64,000 nt of DNA from Lama glama (GCA_028534125.1 CM052818.1:43774001-43838000); one strand, 5' to 3'. Counted from the first letter of the stretch, positions 1 to 13,837 are shown. Numbers and translations are program-made. The notes: generated from the sequence alone by a model not told the origin.

Positions 1-1048
1 GCCGTAGGAGGAGGTGGATGTGAAGAGGCTTAACCTGCAGGTGGAGAGATGGGGAGAGGAACTCCCTATTCTCCAGTATCTTTTCTGTTTCTAGATTTTT
101 TTTTTTTTTAGATTCTCTTCCTCTCCCACCCCTCCCCCCAAATGATGTCGCATCTGGGTATCTAAATCTTGCTCACAGCTGTGCCAGTGCCTTCTCCACT
201 CGTTCCATCTGCCTGTTTGTTTTTCTTGGTTTGAGTTTGCAGTCTGCTATTTTGTATAAGCAAAATTATCCTTTCATGTCTTACCCGTTTCGGCGGTTTC
301 TTCTGGTTATTGTAAACTGCAGCATCTGGGGTGCTTACCTCCTAATTATATTTCCAGCCTCCTAATAGGAAGGGCAACCAGGCATATGGTACAGAAGTAT
401 GGAGCCTTCTGCATCTCTGACCCCTGTGTAGGGCTCTTCACAGAATCTCCAAAGCTTTCGCGGGTGTTTCGCTCATCTGGGCTTGCCAGGATGATGCCCA
501 AATGCCTGCTCTACAGGGACGATTATAATAGATTTAGATGAAATTCCTGGGCACGTTTTTCTTCGAAATGAGTCATCACTACTAAAAGTACGACTCTCTT
601 AAGTCGATAGAGATCTCCAGGTTTCTGGTTCTAGTAATATTCAAATAATTGCATATTTGTAGGCAAATTCAGACAGCTGCACTAAAGCAAGAACAAAGAT
701 GACAGGAATAAGAATCTAGAGACCTCAATTTAAGACCCAATATGGTTCCTGGATGTTTTGAAGAAAGTCCCTCAAACTCTCCGACTTTAACTTCCAAATC
801 AGTTACATTAGCAGCTGGCCTGAATGCTCTGGGAGGTACACAAATGGGATTAATTCAGTCAAGTGTTCACTGTGCAATAATGTGTTAGGAGTTAGGGAAA
901 CGAAGGTGAATTGAACACAGTCCTTGTTCCAGAAGGAGCTCACAGACGAACAATGGGCAAATCAAGCAGGCATACAGGTGGCCTGAGCACGGGCAGTGCT
1001 GGCAGCAAAGCACGGGTGCCGCCGGCCTGCTCGTGGGATGATCTGTTC

Positions 1049-1237
1049 CAGGGGCTGTTTTCTGTGAACAGCAAAGGAGCAAGCGCTTTGGGCTTTGCGA
1101 CCTGCACGAGCCCGGTTGCACGGCCACTCCTCTGCCCTAACAGTGTGAGAGCAGCCCTAGGTGAGCAAACGAAGAGCGTGGCTATGTTCCAATAAACCCT
1201 GATTTACAAAAGCAGAGCTGCTGCTTGCTCACCACTG
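1049..1237 (+). mobile_element. MER58A-like hAT-Charlie MITE
   Basis: CAGGGG start; internal 'gcgtggctatgttccaataaaccctgatttacaaaagcag' matches the remembered MER58A consensus; ends '...accactg'. Confidence 0.75.
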
Positions 1238-1254
1238 ATTTAGTCACAGTCAAA

Positions 1255-1838
1255 TCTCATTGAAGTTCCTCTGTAGTGGCCTCTCCATTCTCCTATGAGA
1301 AAGACAAAACCTGTAACGTGGCCTCAAGGTCCTGTAAGATGCAGTCCCTGCGTTTCTCCCTGCCCAGTACTGCAGTGAGCTCCCCATCCCCGACTCTCCG
1401 TATTCCAACCCCCTTCCTGCTCCACACCCTCCTTCCTGCTCTGCACCCTGCTCCTCACACCTTGCCTTCTGCTCCACAGCCCACCCCTTCAGCTTGTTAA
1501 TGTCCATCATTCTTCAGAGAGCGACTTAATGCATCACCTCCTTAGGGAAGCCTTCCTGGATTTCCCCAAACTAAGTTCACTCCTGTGCTTCTGTATCCTC
1601 CTGGCTCCCTGTACATCTCTTTTGTAGTCCCTCTCGCAATTACAATTCCTTATTTAATTTTGTAATTGAATCTTTAATTCTTTAAAGTGTGTCCCTCTCT
1701 GTAAAGTGTCCGTTCCGGAAGAAGAGCGTCCCTGTGTGTCTTGTTTTTTTTACAGTTGTATTTTAGCATCTATAGCAGAAACTGGAACACAACACACCTT
1801 TGAGCAGTATTGTCGAATGGGTGAGTGAATGGAAGAAT
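1255..1838 (+). mobile_element. L2 LINE 3' fragment
   Basis: L2 motifs 'catcacctccttagggaagccttcctgg' and a terminal 'gaatgggtgagtgaatgga' tail. Confidence 0.65.
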
Positions 1839-2859
1839 GCCAAAGAGGGGACACACAGCTATGAACCGTTGCAGCCTGTGGCCAGGGTGACAGGTGGCCG
1901 GGATGTGTCATAGAGCGGATGACAGTCTGAGGTGGGATTCAGCAGGCACACAGGGAGCAAGAGGATTGTGTGAGATATTCCCATATAAAAGACGATGATT
2001 TCATTCACACTCCTCTCCTTCACCAGATCTCCAAATGTGTGATATTCTGTTCTTCTTAGTGATTCTCTTGGTTACTTTTAACATTAAATGGCACATTTAA
2101 ACATGTCTTTCCTAGCCCCCCGGTGCTGGACAGTATCTACTAGCTACTACCAGCGTGTAAGTTAAGGATAAAAACTGTGCCTTCACCCAGTTTCATACTT
2201 CACTGTGAATTCCTGCTCTACATCAGCTACATTTTTACATAATCTGTAACAAGACGTCCTAGATATTGTCAGACAACCAGAACCAACACTTCTGTTCTTT
2301 GTCTAACAGTTAGTTCTACCTATTTACATTTACATAATTCTATTACATCTACTTATATTTATTTTTTAAACTAAATAAGTGGTGTTCGTAGCTAAGCCAA
2401 GATTTACGGAATTCTCAAAGGTGACTGTTCCTACTTCGTAAAGATTACATGTTTTCTCTTTCCTTCGTTGGCCTCACTTCTTAGCAAACAGCAACGTGGT
2501 TCAGTGCATATTTGTACCTGGTCTTGTATTTTCCCTACCTGCCCTCCGCAGGTTGCCCAGACCCAGGGGCCCTACTTGACTTTTTCTTTTTTCCTTTCTG
2601 TATTTATTACCCTCTATGACATAATCCTATGCCTACTGTGGCCCAGATTCAATCATACTTTCTATCCACTGAGTCCACCATGTGTTTTTTTCCCCTGAGA
2701 ACCTCTTTCTGTCTCTCCCTCCCTGGTCTGTCCTTCCAACCCTTTCTCTTTCTGTCAGTTTGGTTCGTCACTGCCAGGCTGTGTGCTGTCACATCAGCAC
2801 TTCCCTCTTATGCTCTTTTTGGGTGGATTCTGTTTCCTTTCTTGATGGCCTTCCTCAGG

Positions 2860-3745
2860 TTACTGAAATAAATCTTCAGGTACATCCCTGGAACAGAGTG
2901 CTTGAGATGCAACTATTTGATTACTTCCAAGTCTGAAAATGAAAATATCTTTCCATCTTCTGGCTGATAGATAATTTGGGACGTGCATCATTCATTCTGC
3001 TGCAAGTGACAAACCATATCATGGCTTAAGCAACAACGAGCCTTAATTATCTCAAATAACAGGAAATCTGGAGGTAGGTGGTACCAGGCCTGGTGCAGCG
3101 ACTAAACAATGTTATCAATGACCCACGGTCTTTCCATTACTCTCCTTGGCCATCCGTAGTATGTTAGTTTATTACCTCATGGTCACAAGATGGATGACAC
3201 AGATCCAAGCATAATATCCTTAGATAACTGAGTTTGAGGCAGGAAGGTGAGCTGCTGGAGCAAAGAGACCTTCCTGAATAGCTCTGTCTTTTTATCAGGA
3301 AAACAATCTTTTTCAGAAGCAATTCTTGCTTAGAATTATAGTATAATCCCCTCTTGGAATAATTAGTAGCAAAGAGGAATGCTTTTACCACGATTAATTT
3401 AGACCGATAATTCATCGTCCGGGGCCGTGGGAGGGGCCTTCCCCCTTAGCATATTCCTGCTAGCAAATACCTTAATAAAACTGCACACGTGCCTACAGGT
3501 AGGAGAAGGGGAAAATGGTTAGCAAGTAGGAAACCACGGGCTTCCAGCAAAGTGAGCTGTCATGTCCTTTGTTGAAAATATTTTCCATCAGAATTCTGGA
3601 CACATTACTCCGTTGGGTTCTAGCATCTTGTGTTACTAATGAGAAATCTGATGCCTGTTAAGTTCATTCCTCTGATGTTTTTAGAGTCTTCTCTTTATTC
3701 TGGTGTTTGAAATTTCATGAAGGGTATCTGGTTATAACTTGTGTT
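2860..3745 (-). mobile_element. Old L1M fragment interrupted by an LTR (L1 parts ~2860-2983 and ~3560-3745)
   Basis: 'gtctgaaaat...tatctt' before the LTR and 'gttactaatgagaaatctgatgcc...ttctctttattctggtgtttgaaatttcatga' after it resemble antisense L1M. Confidence 0.55.
2984..3550 (-). mobile_element. LTR33-like ERVL solo LTR
   Basis: 'gctgcaagtgacaaacc', 'aggaaatctggaggtagg', 'aatgttatcaatgaccc' and 'cctcatggtcacaagatgg' match antisense LTR33-family consensus from memory. Confidence 0.65.
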
Positions 3746-5729
3746 CGTTCTTTTTTTTTTTAACTTGTTTCTTTGAAAAAATTATATTAACAATGTGATT
3801 TGTTCAAGGCTAGTTGCCAAGTGCAGAGTCAAATCTACCTCCAGTTAGCGTTGAAATCCTTGCTCATTTCACCCCCTGTTCCAGCCCGGGGTCAGGTCTG
3901 TTGCAGCCTGGACCCTGCTACTCCCCCTGCAGACTCCTCTCCAAAATTTGAATTGAATGTGTGTGAAGTCGCTGATTAATTTATGCTAATGAGGCCAAGG
4001 CCAGCATCTTGCTTGTTAGCATCTGTACTTCTCTGCTTTGCCAATGTCCTAACTTTTCCTCCAACTCCCATCCGTGTGCCGGGTAGACCCACTGATCAGG
4101 ACAGAGTCAAGTGAACAAGAACAACCATGTTCTGTTTAAGCACCAGTAGGTTTCATTGATGGACAGCCATTATGCCTTAGTTCGTACTTTATTATTATTT
4201 TTAATCTTATTTTTGTCAGTATAATAGTTATGTCTTTACTTTTAGATAGATCAGTAAAAGTCTTCTGTACAAGGCAAGACTGTCTCTACAATCTACTATT
4301 CCTGTTATTTTAGTCACTAAGTTTCAGGGGCATTTGTTACACAGCCAAAGAAACTGAGACATGACTAAAAGGCTGAATAAAATATTCTGATGTATTAGCC
4401 CTGTTATCTTTTTTACAATGTAAGCAATAGAATCAGTTGCCTTTTCTTGTGTTCTTGTGGCACCTGATTCTGCAGGGTAATACTTAGCTGCATTATCCTC
4501 CATGTCTACAATTGAGAACTCTTAGAAGGTAAAATCGATGACTCGTTCAACACCAAGCCAAACACCAAACAAAGAGTCTGACACACAGCGGGCACCTTAC
4601 GGACACTCACTGGATTTAACACAAATGCATAATTTGAATCCAGCACTAAATTGAAAGCAAATGCAGGCGCAGTGTCCTGTCCTCTTACAGGAAACATCCA
4701 GTGTGGGCCACAAGGAGAAAATCAAAGTGGATGGCCCTCCCACATTTCCCATATCCTTCAAGTCACACTGCACTGAGTCAAGGTCTCCGGACGCTTTGGC
4801 AATACCCATGTGTCTTTCTTTAACAACCAGAAATTATGGGGCCTGGACAGGATGCAAATTGTTCTCAGTCAGCCTGGGAAACAACTGAGGGAACACCAGG
4901 CAAATGAAAATGATCTGTTTCATCTTTCCTTCCCTGGCCTTTGGGAAGCAACGTCAGCTTTGATAAATGTCAAAAATACAAGGAGGGCAGAGATCCGGAG
5001 ACTGGATGCCCTGTTCAGTGGTCTGTTGCTGCCACTGAGGGTAGCCCACCAAATCTGCTTTATTCTGGGGGTCCTGAGCCTTCGAGAGCTCACAGGTCCC
5101 AACATGTCCTCAGGATAAAAGAAGCGAGATTTAGTGCCAGACTGAGATAGGAAATCCACCCGGAGTTGCTATAGCCACACCGTGTGTTGCCAAGACTCAA
5201 AGGCAGAAGGAAGAGGTTGATAAGAAAGACCGGCTGAGTTCTCCATCCTACTCAGAACCTGCACGGAGGAGTGCCAGCTCACACTCTGTGCCGGGACCTT
5301 GGCTAATAGGAAGAAACTCAATTTTTGACACTTAAGAAATGTGCATCTTAGACGGGAGTGAAGCATGTATACGGATAATGCTCTTCCAGGGGAAGGAAGC
5401 ACAGAGCAGCGCCGGCCAGGGAGGGGCTGGAAGTAGTTAAATCAGTATCTCTGGACGACTTAATCCCTAAACCTTGAAGGAGGGGTAGGAAATAAGCAGG
5501 TAGAGGGGAGGGAGCTATTCAAAATAACGGGAACGTCATACCCCGTGATATAAAGACGGTGTCAGGCCAGTGAGACCCGTTTGGACAATTGCAAGGGGCC
5601 TCAGCTGTTAGGTTATGGTGAGCACAGGGGGCCTGGAAGGAGAGTGGATGGAAGTAGGCAGAGGCTGTGCCCTGAGGACCTTGCATGTTGGGGGAGGGAG
5701 AGGGTGCAGTTCTTATGGACTCTTTAGAC

Positions 5730-6170
5730 CAGGAATTTTCAGACTCTGATGTGTCACAAATCACATAGGGATCTTCAAAATGCAGCATGTGATTCTGTGA
5801 GCCTGAGGTGCAGCCTTTAAGTCCACAGGTTTTCCAAGCTCCCAGGTTCTGGATCCTAGTCCAAGTGAACCAGAGCATCACCTGGGCACCGGCTTCAGAT
5901 GCAGAAGCACAGGTTCCACCCCAGACTTGCTGAATCAGGGTCTGTGTTTAGAGGATCCCAGGACATTCTTATCCCATTAAATTTGAGACACGCTGATCTG
6001 GAGTTTAACCTCAGCTTCACTTCTGAATCATCTGAAGACTTCTTTAAATACACAGCTGGTCTACACCCGTTAGGTTTCTGAATTCACTGGTCCAAGCTGG
6101 GACCCAGGCATAGGTGTTTTTAAAATCTCCAATGGTGGTTTTAATGCACAGCCTTGATGGAGAACCACTG
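5730..6170. mobile_element. Cluster of three adjacent MER5-family (hAT-Charlie) MITEs
   Basis: Three MER5 cores: 'atcacatagggatcttcaaaatgcag', 'catcacctggg...ccaccccagacttgctgaatcag', and 'ggtgtttttaaaatctcc...gagaaccactg'. Confidence 0.65.
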
Positions 6171-9100
6171 AGCTCAGTAGGGAAGGGAAAGCCCAGAGAG
6201 GGGCAGTGCCCGGTGAATGTCACACAGCACCAGGACTAGAGGTGAGGTTGCAGACTGCTAAGAAGGGCCCTTTAAAAATCTCACTGTGTTCTGTCCCCTC
6301 CCCACCCCTTAGCGCCTGAACCTCATCCCCAAACCGTAATGTGACTCCAAACATTCAGGCTGCCTTTCTCCAACGAACGGTAGCTAAATTTTGCTTAGTT
6401 TTCTGTCAGTTCAAACCAACCAAAAGTTTGTCTAAACTACAGAGCAGCGAAAAGAATCTCTCCTTTACTAGGCATAGCATTTAAGGATTCATTAAATAAA
6501 ATAGACTTCCTGCCCTGTGTGAGGTGCTGTGTTAGAGCCTGGACCACAGAAACAGGGGCTGAAAAGAAGAATCTGAAATAACATTGCTGTTAAGTGGGCT
6601 GGAGTCCCATGGGCACAAGTAGGAGGCACATTTGGAAGAAGCTAACGGGGCCGGGGAGAAAGCGAGGAGGTGGAGGAATGCATCCTCTGGTTTCTTTGCG
6701 AGACCTCACACACACGCACTTCACCCATGGAAGGTCTCCCACTTAACCCTCGAAAAATTGAAAAGTATTATCATAGTCTGAGAAAGAAGAGGAACATTTA
6801 TTTTTAAACCCGACAGTTTAAAAAAGTATTTTCAAGCATTCATAAAATGTGAGGGAAAATCTACTTTATAATTTTTTTCTCAACTAAAAATCAGGAAAAA
6901 CCCTTATATGTCTTACAGAGACTATGTTTTATGATTTCTTTGATTAATAAGTGGTTAATACTGTAATTGTTTCTTTGCGTAACAGAACGATTATATAAAA
7001 TGAATATATTTAAGATAACTACATACTCATTTCTTCCCTTTTTTCCTATGAAGTGAGTTTTCTTTAGAAGCCAAATTTGTACTTTGGAAAAGGCAGCCGA
7101 GTAGCCAAAGTTGTAATTTTATGAAACCACAAAAGGCGCTTCTAAAGGGATCTGACTTGAATACACACTGCAAGGAAATTAATAGTCTCAGTTCAAACAT
7201 CCTCTTTAATCCATCTCCCTCTGCCTCTTACAAGGAAGAGAAGAATGCAGTTGTCAAGCCGACTTAGGAGAAGGACAAGTGTTGAGCAACACGCTGTTGG
7301 CAGCAGGCCACGCAAGCCCTTCCTGGGGCATCTCGGCCGCCTTCGGGGCGCTGCCAGGGCAGGGATGTGTTGTGTGTCATTATCAATTTGCACTCTGATT
7401 TCCCAACCGTTCAAGAGGCCTCTTGACAAAAGCCTCCATTTAGATCTAATAATAACTCTGGATTTTTGCTAAATGTCTCGCAACCTGGGAACAGGCCCAG
7501 TTGCTAAACATACTTCCACTGCATGAGTTTCTTTTACTGAGCCCGGAGGGGACAGCCAAGCAGACCAGAAAAATGTGTATTGGAGAGATGTTCGCACTCT
7601 GAAGGGTTGTTTTCAAAGGAATGATTGCAGTTCATTTACAAAGTCCACCTGAACAATGATTGCACCCGTGGGTCACGTCACTGTTGTCCAGTCCTAGGCT
7701 GGGATAGCAGCAGCTAAAATCCTAGCGCTCCCCATTTCCTGCTGCATCCTAGAGTCATAAAGGCTAATGGACTGAGTTGACCTCCTTCCCCTTACTTGGT
7801 CACACAACATCTAGTCCATTTCCAATAAGTTACAGTACCACTGACACCGCACTACCTCTTCCAGGGCATGTTTGTTATCCGGCCTGCACTTTCCATTAGG
7901 ATGTTCTTCAGTCATTTCTATTAATATTTCTCCATGGGAATACACAGAAATATCTTGGCTCACTCACGCTCAAAAAGTTTCTGAATTTGTTAGTATTCCC
8001 TTACCACTCCTCTCTCCCAAATAAGTTTTCTTTTCTTCAAGGCAACTATCCAGTGTCCCTCTGAGGATGTCTTAGGTGGCCTGAGAGTCCAGCAGGTATT
8101 TGGGGCAAGTTGTGATGGGGAAGAGAAAGGAGGGGAATCCACAAAGAAGGGGGAGAGCGTGTGGGCCTGGAAAGGTGGGGGTGAGAGGATTCAACCCCAA
8201 GATCAATGAACATGGCATGGCTTGGTCAGAATGGTCTTGGATACTTTGCCTTGTCTCAGGAATACTTCCTTAAACTCCCAAATCGTTTTGCCTTTGCGTC
8301 CCAATCCCTGATCCGGTATATAACTTATAAAGGTGTTTTCATCTGCACCTGCTGTCTCTTCCCATGTCACTCATTTGCATGCCCAACAGTAAAGAGACCC
8401 AAGGAGGAAGCAAATTAAACTCAAGCGATCAAAAACCACACAAATATTTCAAGCTACTGTTCTGTTACTTTTACTAGTTCTTGAAAAGAGAGCTAATGGA
8501 AGACCAGGTTAACATAAACCGATTAATATTTAGGTTATGGTCTCTTTGGAAATGTAATAGTTTCCAAATTATTTAATTGATCACTTGTGCTGGATACAGG
8601 ACTCACAGAGTGGTGCCAGCATGCTGCGGAATCAGAGTTTTTGAATAGAAAATGCTTTTTACATTACATCTCATTGGGCCACCCAGTAAACTAAAATACC
8701 TTTAAAAATCTTGCCAAGAGCTGGTCATCCAAGAGCTCTCTGGACACTTCCAGAAATACAACACTCCCTACCGGAGTTTCCTTGTCAGCTGTTTGCCTTA
8801 GCGGTGAGGCCAGCACCATCCACATGCTTTTTCACACCTAGTTGATCTATCATCCAGGAATGCCTTCTCCTGGGGACCGGTTATATCCTCTGGAGGATAA
8901 AGAAAGAAAAAATGATCTCATCGTCTTCTGTGTGACTGCTTCTAGGGGAAGGTTGGTCCAAAACTGTCATGTCAATATTTTTCTGGAAGAGAGCTTTTGA
9001 AATGCCACATAAACTACCACAAATAAAGTTGTATCAAAGCAAAAAGGTCTTAAGCAATTTATCACATTTGCTTCTATTAGAAACACAAGATACAAGGTAT

Positions 9101-9209
9101 TTCTTGAGGAGGAAGAGATGTCTCAGTATTTAGAATATATCCAGTTTCTATAGAGAGTTTGGGGATATACAAAAAGTGCTTTCCTTTGGGGGAATAATAC
9201 TAAGAACAT

Positions 9210-9590
9210 AATCCAAAATATGGAAAGAGCTTTGTACACCTAAGTAATCAACTCAGTGATGTTTTTAATAACTGAAAGTTGGAAACATAGTAAATGACCA
9301 AATGTCAGGATATAATGAAATATCCTATGGGCTATTATAATAATTAAAGTCTATGAAGCTATTTAAAAATACTTCTATTAAACAAAATGTATCAACACAT
9401 GAACTTATACAAGAGGAAACATATTTAAAGTAAAACTGGTACATTGGAAAAGAAATATGAAGAATAAAACCCTAAATGCTGATATTAGCTAGACTTGAGT
9501 AATCAAAATGGATAGTTTGCCTCTATTTTCCAGATTTTTAAAAAATTTTCCAGACTTTTAAAAACATGCATGCTTTATATTTAAAAGATA
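9210..9590 (+). mobile_element. L1ME-type 3' fragment
   Basis: A-rich; 'gtttttaataactgaaagttggaaacatagtaaatgacca' resembles an L1M 3' region. Confidence 0.5.
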
Positions 9591-10829
9591 AGTGTTCTTT
9601 GAAATGAGTCTGGAAGAGCTGAGCTTTAAACAAAGAAACTAAAAGGGTAGAGGCTGTCTGAGCTTACCTCCTCCCAGGTCAGAGCATTTTATGAAGCTTA
9701 TTATTATGATTATTAATTTTTTTTACAATTTTTCTAATGTCTTCAATCAATTTCGTAGGCCATACGTTGACTTAGGGCCCACCCTGCTACTCAGTAATAT
9801 GAAAAACAGGGCAATAATGGAATCTTACAAGTTCAATATTCGTTAACGTTGCAAAACACGTGCTTCCCATTCCATCAAGCATTATTCATTTAGTAGATTG
9901 TCTGTGTTGACAGTCTTAATCCTAACCTAATGATCTGTTTATTTGGCAATTCTCATTAGAAGCCTCTGGCACATGGGAAGCGGGGATTCTAAACCCCGAA
10001 CAATTATCCCGGGGTACAACTTTGACAATCAAAATGATGTGCAGGTTTGTACTACAAAGACGAGGTACCGCATCTCCTCGTGTTCATAACATTAATACCG
10101 TGCTGTTTCTGAAACTAACAAGTTCATGCTTTTGCTGATGCAAGTAAGATTCTACAGACCTGCATTTAATTTGGTAGACTTTATCAAAAACATCATTTTC
10201 TTCTAAATCCGTTGTCTTTTATAAAGTCAGCTAAAACCTGTTTACTCTGAGAGAATATAATGTGTGAGCCAGGATTTATTTACTAAAAGTCTTTTTTTTT
10301 TTTCTTTTACCAATAGCTGGAAGCAGAATTGAAAAAAAAAACTGAGCATTTTTACAAGGAGCTATGTTTAATTCATTAAATTAGTCGTAAAATAAGGTTT
10401 GTGAAACATTGTCAAACCTGTGACTTTGTCACAAATTGTGAGTGCAGACTGTCTAGGATGGTTAAAATGTGCGCTGTTCTTAATCCTTCAGGCAAAACCC
10501 CTACTTGCAGGAGAATAATGGGAGAGGTGGCTGTTAAAGAGAAACGCTTATGTGACCAGTAAAATCCCGGAGTCACACAAGAGAAGGGAGTAAATGGTCT
10601 CTTCTTTGATGTGGAGAGAAACTGCGGTGAGCTCTCCTAGGAAGCTATCCATTTATTTATTCACTTGCTGCATAGTGTATTCATTTATCCTTTAATTAAA
10701 TAACTACACAATAATGTACCACTCAATCATTTCCTCAATCACTATTCGGTAACTTACCGATTCATTAACTGGATCACTCATTCATTCCTTTGTTTTTTTT
10801 TCATAGACTAATGTGTCCTTTATATATAT

Positions 10830-11340
10830 ATACATTCATTTGTGTAACTGACATTGACCAAGATGCTATGTTGCCAGGTGCTGGCAGTGAGGAAACGAGA
10901 AAGGCAAGGTCTCTCCCCTTGTGGAGTTCATGGTGAAAGGGATGGATGGACACATGACTTTGGCAAGTTCTTTGCTAGTGGTGGGCGAAAAGCACTAGGG
11001 GTGCAGAGAGAAAGAAGCCATCACCGGCCTCAGGAGTCCAAGGAGATGCTTCAGTGTGATTTGAACTGGGTCTGCAGTGTGAGGCTGCAGCTCATCCGGT
11101 GGAGGACGGAGCAGGGAGAGTCAGGAGGGTTGGTGTTGGAAATAAGAGGAAGGTCTTTCCAAGCAGGGGATATAACTCGTGCCAGGCACAGTGCGAGGTG
11201 CGAGGAAGCCTGCCACGATTAGAGGGTGGTGAACAGCTTAAAGCTCCTGGAGGAACGGACCACAGAGAGCACCTTGGGTAAGACAAATTGTCCACCATAG
11301 GGAGGACAAGTAGGTTGGGGTCCAACTGTGAACAGCCTTT
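10830..11340 (-). mobile_element. L2 fragment
   Basis: 'cattcatt...gctatgttgccaggtgctgg...ccccttgtggagttcatggtg' is the antisense L2 3' end. Confidence 0.6.
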
Positions 11341-11539
11341 CAAATTACTATTTTGGATTATAAAGGTGTTCATCATATTTGCACAGCAATGGTGCATGTG
11401 TGCTAGACCAACATCTGCCTGAATAACTGGACACGGTGATCATAGTTTTAAGGGAACTGAAGCCCACTTCGTTGTTTCTTCTCCTGTGTTCCCATCAAAG
11501 GTTTTAACCTCTTGCTAGTCATAGCTCTCTTCGAGCTTT

Positions 11540-11710
11540 TTCTTTAAACTTGTCCGCCTCCCTTATTGGAACGTGAGGATGTTGGAGACAGGAACCAGAT
11601 CATTCGTCCCTGTCCCCTCACTGCCTAGCATCGTGCTTCACACATGGCAGACACCTTAACATTTGAGGGGTGGACGCACTGGTAGATGAACAAATGAGAG
11701 AAGAAAGGAA
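11540..11710 (+). mobile_element. L2 3' end
   Basis: 'tgcctagcatcgtgcttcacacatggcagacacc...gatgaacaaatga'. Confidence 0.55.
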
Positions 11711-13012
11711 GGAGGGAGGAAGTTACATGGCCAAACTGATAGTAAGTAACAAGGTGAAAGTAAGAACTGAGGTCTCCCTCAGCAGCCCACGTTATGGTTT
11801 ATGCTACACTCCATGCCAATAAGAACTTTATCATACTGTTTTTCACTATGAATCCTTTCCATGGACATAAAGACTTTATGAAAGTTAGAGCACATGAGCT
11901 AATACCCTCTCAAACTATAAATTCTTCAGACGACCTCTCTGCAAGTCTTGTTGCATCAGTGAAAATTTTAACCACTCAGAATATATAGACACCAATTAAT
12001 ATTTAGCTCTTCAGTTTATATAGTTAACTTTACACCCAAGTTGCACTTTTATTGTTAACATTTTGTATAAAAATAATAACAAAGGCTATTAAAGGAAACT
12101 TTAAAATAACTAAATCTTAAAACCTCGAACTGTGACACATTTCCTTTTCCCAAATTCCTGTCTTTCCCTTCTTCAGCTTACAATCAAAATGGAGATGTCT
12201 TTTCTGCTGTCAATACTCAGCACTTCCATATTTATAAAACAATTTTCATGATTTCATGTAATCGCATTGTGGCTTCAAAACTGAGAAATAGATGTGTTAA
12301 CTCTTCCCTGACTTTCAATTTTTGCCATTTGGCAAATAGTCTCAGGAAATAAAAAAAAAAGGATGAATTTATATTTTCAGGGGGTCGAGTGAAAGAAACT
12401 GGACTCAAACCAATTCTCAAAGCAAGAAGTATCTTTATCTGCCTACTATTTTTCTTTGAATATTTTCTTGAAGTATTGTATCTATGCACAGTGAGCAGAG
12501 TTTAATGTGCATTTTTATCTCCCCTGTCCTCGCTCCCCCACTTCCCAGCACAGTTGAAGCGATGTGCAGCACCACCGGCAACAGATGCGCCACATTCTGC
12601 TACAATTTCCCCAGAATTCAGGGTATTACATTTTATTCTTGTTTAGCTTAGGGGAAAAGTGTTTCCCCAATATTGCTGTTATTTGCACTCTGATTACCAC
12701 GGAGTTTAAGTAATACAATTACGTTACATTAATGATGGTCTATAATTTTGGCTTTTCACAGAATCACAGTAATGTCCCCACCCCCCACATAGGCCATCAA
12801 TGCAAAAAGGCAGACAAGGTCACCAGCCCAGGACATTTTCAGGTGTTTATCTTGTGTCTGTTCCTACGACCCCGAAGTAAACATGCTCTTTGTTTTCCTG
12901 TAATGGGCTTTACCTTATCCTCCATGTGGTTTATGTTTCTCATATAATTTGGTTAACAGTATTCTACTACTTTTAACTCTAAAATACGCTTAGTCAGATG
13001 ATTCCTGTCCAG

Positions 13013-13210
13013 CCTGGACTCTTCCAAAGAGTGTTCCACGAAACTGTTTCTCTGGAGGATGTTAAAATGTATTACATGCTGCAAATGGTCCCCCAAAGTT
13101 AGGAAGGGATGGGTTAAGCAAAATAAAACACATTTCTTTAATGCTTCTATTTTCACCTTCTGCATCACCCATTTGGGGAGTTTATGAAAGTCTAAGAGAG
13201 GAGCATAGAC
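13013..13210 (+). mobile_element. MER103C-like hAT MITE
   Basis: 'ttccaaagagtgttccacgaaac...ggatgttaa...gggttaagcaaaataaaacacatttctttaatgc' matches the remembered MER103C consensus. Confidence 0.6.
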
Positions 13211-13837
13211 GGTACTGGAAAGGAGAGTCTCCATTCATGACCAGGGATTCTGAATCTAAATGAACTGATCAGAGCATCCAACAAAATGCCTTCCCTTGTC
13301 ACTGGTTTACAATGTCTTTTGGCAAGTGGATCAGTATTTTTTTTCTAATTTTAAAATTATTTTCCTTTAAGGCATATGTATCTGAGTATTAATTTTGTGG
13401 TACTTCCAAAAATTCTGTGCTCCAGTGGAAAAGGCTAGCTTCAAAACTGACATATCATGATAATCCTCAGTGTCCTTTGGTGATTCCAATCAAATGGTGT
13501 ATAGGGGAGATCAGAAAACCCCTCAATCCTAACCTAACCAGCAGATTAGGGGATGCAGAGGGAGTAAACTCTATCATAAGGAAGTTTAGAAACAGCCTGT
13601 AGAGTGCTTGCAAATTAAGTAGTCAAAAGAAACAAAATCAGCAGGTGCCTTCAAAAGTTTTCAATGTATTTCCAGTACATTTCCTTTAAAAATGAATCTG
13701 GCGGGACTCCTCAGGCAGTAGGTGAGACAGCATAGCTAGGTTTTATGTCCTTTTTTCCAAGACATGATTTTAATAGCATCTCTTCTTTAGTAAAGTTATC
13801 TTTCCTCCAAACATCTCTTTACTATTGAATTCCAATA

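Noticed and set aside
9525..9564. 20-bp tandem duplication (similar short ones at ~19485 and ~59552)
   Set aside because: Ordinary slippage duplications with two copies only; not CRISPR-like.
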